From positions 369,706,001-369,770,000 of the forward strand of contig OZ024741.1 in the NCBI GenBank assembly GCA_964016885.1: a stretch of DNA of 64,000 nucleotides. Direction: 5' to 3'. Of this stretch, positions 59,247-64,000 are shown piece after piece. Under the pieces are notes generated by a model. That model did no database searches, was not told the DNA's origin, and saw only the letters and a list, made by a program, of their open reading frames with translations. This DNA comes from Eledone cirrhosa. Lineage: Eukaryota. The stretch's first letter is position 1, and every line of letters begins with the position of its first letter. The position numbers were made by a program, and so were the translations under genes.

Positions 59247-59436
59247 TGTTTCTACTTTTGGCACAAGGCCAGCAATTACCCAGTGCATTACTGGTTTACT
59301 GGTACTTTATTTTATCGACCCCGTAAGGATGAAAGGCAAAGTTAACCTCAGCGGGATTTGAACTCAGAATGGCAAGGATCGTAACTCTATGCGTCAAAGC
59401 ATGGCGTCCGACCCTCTACCGATATTGCCAATTCAC
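59247..59436 (-). mobile_element. Full-length tRNA-derived SINE with 19-bp target-site duplication (central domain resembles Meta/MESC)
   Basis: Minus-strand A box TGGCAATATCGG and B box GTTCAAATC; TTTGCCTTTCATCCTTACGGGGTCGATAAAAT; TSD CATAACATAATACAATAAT at 59228-46 and 59437-55. Confidence 0.9.
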
Positions 59437-59658
59437 CATAACATAATACAATAATACAATATAGTAAATACATTACTGAAAATATTGTTAAAAATTAATG
59501 CTTTAGATCAATTATTGTAAAAGGATTATTTAGTTGTAGTAGTATCTATTTTGTTAATATTTTGAATTAATATTAATAACTCTGGAAAAGCAATCAGTTG
59601 AGTGCTTCCAATCTATTGTAAAACTCATTCTTTGATTTATTCATTGAACCTTGGTTAA

Positions 59659-59810
<152 letters not shown>

Positions 59811-60058
59811 TGTTCTTCTTGTTGATATATTTGTGACACACAAATACATACAGATACACAAACATACACATGCGCACGCGTGCTTAAACACACACACATA
59901 CGTGTAATTTTGAAGAAGTTTGATCATAGGTCTGCTCAATGAGAATCGTCGACGTGGGGCTAAAAATCAACAACAACAAGGTCTGTGGGGATTTTGTGTT
60001 TTAACTCACAATAATCTTCTCTAATGATTTCCTGGCAAGGAAGTTTGCAAAAAAACCC

Positions 60059-60127
<69 letters not shown>

Positions 60128-60442
60128 CAACAACAAAAACAACAACAATCATAATAAAATACAATGCAATATAATATAATTAAAGGAATGAGAATCATTA
60201 AAACAATTGTAAAACGGTGGTGGTGGTGGCTGGGGAGAAGGAGGAGGAGGGAAAGTAAGTGGTGACTGATGGAAGTGGTAGAATAAGAGGGGAAGTTTGG
60301 GTGGTGGGGTGGGTGGAGAGAAGGAGGTGGTAAAAAAGTATCAGGTTTAAAAGGATGTGATAATTATAGATTTGCAGGGTAGGGAGAGCAGGGTTATCAT
60401 TGGTTGGTTCAGTATACACGAAAAACCTAACATAAAGTGTTT

Positions 60443-60522
<80 letters not shown>

Positions 60523-60802
60523 CTTTCTCTCTCTCTCTCTATATATATATATATAGAGAGAGAGAGCGCGCGAGAGAGGGAGTAGAGAAAATAGAAAGAG
60601 AACAGAGGGAAGCGAAAGAAAGAAAGAAGGAAGGAAAGAAAGAAAGAAAGATAGACAGAAAGAGAGAAAGAAAGAAAGAAAGGACATAAACAAGTTAAAA
60701 GTCACGACCTAATTTATTGAAATAAAATTAATTGAATTTCAATAACCTAAAGACTGTATCTCTTTTCTTTGAATGCCTGGAAAAGGTTTTCTTGTGTATT
60801 TA

Positions 60803-61322
60803 ATGTTGTTTGTTGGTGGTGTTGTTTGTTGGTGTTATTGTTTGTTGGTGTTGTTGTTTGTTGGTGGTGGTGTTTGTTGGTGTTATTGTTTGTTGGTGTT
60901 GTTGTTTGTTGGTGGTGGTGTTTGTTGGTGTTGTTGTTTGTTGGTGTTGTTGTTTGTTTGTGGTGTTGTTTGTTGGTGTTGTTGTTTGTTGGTGTTGTTG
61001 TTTGTTGGTGTTGTTGTTTGTTGGTGTTGTTGTTTGTTGGTGTTGTTGTTTGTTTGTGGTGTTGTTTGTTTGTGGTGTTGTTTGTTGGTGGTGTTGTTTG
61101 TTGGTGTTGTTGTTTGTTGGTGGTGGTGTTTGTTGGTGTTGTTGTTTGTTGGTGTTGTTGTTTGTTTGTGGTGTTGTTTGTTGGTGTTGTTGTTTGTTGG
61201 TGTTATTGTTTGTTGGTGTTGTTGTTTGTTGGTGGTGGTGTTTGTTGGTGTTGTTGTTTGTTGGTGTTGTTGTTTGTTTGTGGTGTTGTTTGTTGGTGTT
61301 GTTGTTTGTTGGTGTTGTTGTT
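60803..61322. repeat. GT-rich minisatellite, unit about 16 bp (GTTGTTTGTTGGTGTT)
   Basis: Seen directly. Confidence 0.9.
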
Positions 61323-61517
61323 TAGTTCAAATCAGTTTATATTGAATGTTCTCTCTTCCCTCTCTCCCCCACTCTCTCTTTATATATATATATATATATA
61401 TATATACATTATATATATATATATAAATATATATAAATATATATAAATATATATAAATATATACATATACATATATATATAAATATATATAGAGAGAGAG
61501 TGTATGTATATATATAC

Positions 61518-61620
<103 letters not shown>

Positions 61621-61739
61621 CACAACGAATGCAATACTTTTTTTCTTTAAAGCATTTTTCTATTGATTCTTTTTTTGGTGAAAACGGAAAATCTTTCATT
61701 TTGTTTGTTTTTATTTTCTTTCATGTCTTTGTTTCGAAT

Positions 61740-62122
61740 GATATTGTCATCTTTGTCATCGTCACATTCGTCGTCGTTGTCGTTGTCATCATCCTTACCA
61801 TCGTCGTTGTCATCATTGTCGTCGTCATCGTCCTCATTGTCATCGTCGTCGTCGTCGTTGTTGTCATCGTCGTCGTTGTTGTTGTCATCGTCGTCGTCAT
61901 CATTGTCGTCGTCGTCGTTGTCATGATTGTCGTTGTTGTTGTCATTGTCGTCGTTGGTGTCATCGTCATCGTCATCATTGTCGTCGTCGTCATCATTGTC
62001 GTCGTCGTCGTTGTCATGATTGTCGTTGTTGTTGTCATTGTCGTCGTTGGTGTCATCGTCATCGTCATCATTGTCGTCGTCGTCATCATTGTCGTCGTTG
62101 TTGTCATCGTCGTCGTTGTTGT
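61740..62122. repeat. (GTC/GTT/CAT)n trinucleotide array
   Basis: Seen directly. Confidence 0.9.
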
Positions 62123-62332
62123 ATTTTCCCAAATACTCACTGGAATGGATCTCAGTCGGTTTCGACAATGAGTGTCCCTGTTTCTGATCAACGGAATAGC
62201 CTTTTCGTGACATTAACATGTAAGTGGCTGAGTATCTCACAGTCGCATGTACCGTTAACACAATTCTTAGGAGGATTCAGCATTACACTGAATATGACAT
62301 AGCTGGCCCTTTGAATTACATGTAGCGTCAAT

Positions 62333-62757
62333 TATGTCACATAATATTTCTCCAAGTACAGGTCGCTCTCCGACAGGTTTTCGGTCGTGCCCTTGGCAAT
62401 GGAGACTTCTGGTGTCCTTGGCCCTAGGGCTACCGCCCTACTCACTACCATAGGTGCTGAGCTGGCCAGCCGCAGGTGTGAGCCTCGCGAGTTGGAATGG
62501 CTCTTCCAGTGCATCTCCCTTACCATCCTCCGAGGAAATGCCTCCTTCTCCATTCTGTCCGCCGGGGCTGTATGGAGGCCAGTACGTGGGACCCCATTTG
62601 CTCACCATACAGAGAGATGGGGAAGGCGCGAGAAATGGATGCGATGCCAGTGGGAGTTTGGCACTTCCACGTTCGGACCATATCCTTGTGATTGTGTTCA
62701 TTATCTATAGAGTTCACTCAGAACATAGAGTGCCACAATAAACACTACAAAACGGAC
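62333..62757 (+). mobile_element. 5'-truncated CRE-like non-LTR element (endonuclease C-terminus plus UTR)
   Basis: KYRSLSDRFSVVPLAMETSGVLGPRA..WLFQCISLTILRGNA; flanked by 39-bp direct repeats. Confidence 0.75.
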
Positions 62758-62960
62758 ATGACATAGTTGGCCCTTTGGATTACAAGTACAGTCAATACGA
62801 CGGGCTTCGAAACATGTTCTGCCTACCTAGTTTCACTCACATGGCATGGGTCAACCGGAAGATACGGTAAATGACATTTTCCCAAGATGCCATGCAATGG
62901 AATCGGACCTGGGTCTTAATGATTGTGAAGCAAACTTCTTAATAATTTGGCCATGCTACG
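62758..62960 (-). mobile_element. Degraded octopus-type SINE hosting the CRE insertion
   Basis: TACGACGGGCTT..CACTCACA..GGTCAACC..CCCAAGATGCCATGCA; similar to 19040-19190. Confidence 0.6.
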
Positions 62961-63239
62961 ACTACAAGCCCTTAGTAATAGTTGGTTTAGAAACAACGTC
63001 TCTGTGGACAGTTAACGAGAGTACTCAGTAATCGATGAAACCCCCAACACGAAACTCGTCCGATTAATCTTCCTTACTGGGATCGATTTAATCTCGAAGG
63101 TTGTGTGACGTTTTACCCAAGTTAAAAACCATTGCCAGTGGATTAGCAGAATCGTTAGAGCGCCGGGCGAAATGTCTTGCGGTGTCTATAAAATTCATCT
63201 AGTATGTGCATAGGGGGAAAATCAGTATAGGTTTGCTTG

Positions 63240-63800
63240 ACAGCACGGAGATATATTTGATGGAGACAGCATGGAGATATGTGTAATGGAGACAGCACGG
63301 AGATATGTTTGTTGGAGACAGCACGGAGATATGTTTGATGGAGACAGCACGGAGATATGTTTGATGGAGACAGCACGGAGATATGTTTGATGGAGACAGC
63401 ATGGAGATATGTTTGATGACATTGAGATATATTTGATGGAGACATCACGGAGATATATTTGATGGAGACAACACGGAGATATGTTTGATGGAGACAACAC
63501 GGAGATGTGTTTGATGGAGACAGCATGGAGATATGTTTGATGGAGACAGCATGGAGATATATTTGATGGAGACAACACGGAGATATGTTTGATGGAGATA
63601 ACACGGAAATATGTTTGATGGAGTCAGCACGGCGATATGTTTGATGGAGACAGCACGGAGATATGTTTGATGGAGACAACACGGAGATATGTTTGATGGA
63701 GACAGCATGGAGATATGTTTGATGGAGACAACACGGAGATATATTTGATGACATTGTGATATATTTGATGGAGACAGCACGGAGATATATTTGATCGACC
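63240..63800. repeat. 26-bp minisatellite (ACGGAGATATGTTTGATGGAGACAGC)n, decaying toward the window end
   Basis: Period measured between 63323 and 63349. Confidence 0.95.
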
Positions 63801-64000
63801 TGAAATAAATTTGATGACACTGATATATGTTTGATAGCCCGGAGATTTGTTTGATAAACCTGACATATGTTTGATGGACCTCAGTTATATTTGATAGATC
63901 TAAGACATGTTTTATTGATATGAGATATGCTTGATAGACTTGAGTTATGTCTGATGGCAGTGAATTATGTTTGATAGGCTTGAGATATATTTGACACACA

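Noticed and set aside
63240-63800. Regular repeat as a CRISPR array
   Set aside because: Contiguous 26-bp units with no unique spacers, in a eukaryotic context with no cas genes.

Overview
AT-rich, microsatellite-saturated animal DNA with no host exon I can recognise; the SINE families look like those of octopod cephalopods (recalled, not searched). The window is a nest of mobile elements, most inserted into (TA)n tracts. It holds Penelope-like elements (PLEs; RT plus GIY-YIG) of about four types, a Tx1/L1 LINE associated with (TATC)n, R4/Dong and CRE endonuclease fragments, SINEs, and Tc1/mariner, hAT and Helitron-like remnants. Three signals stand out. (1) About 23 hammerhead-ribozyme (HHR) or HHR-like motifs from about 13 sequence families, found by eye. 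(2) Three non-coding 440-510 bp HHR-bearing units occur as terminally redundant partial tandems, i.e. retrozyme/circRNA candidates, two with octamer motifs upstream of the ribozyme. (3) An endonuclease-positive PLE has a coiled-coil-like ORF1 overlapping the RT ORF at a U_UUU_UUA slippery site, predicting -1 ribosomal frameshifting. All RNA structures were folded manually and clade names are motif-based.
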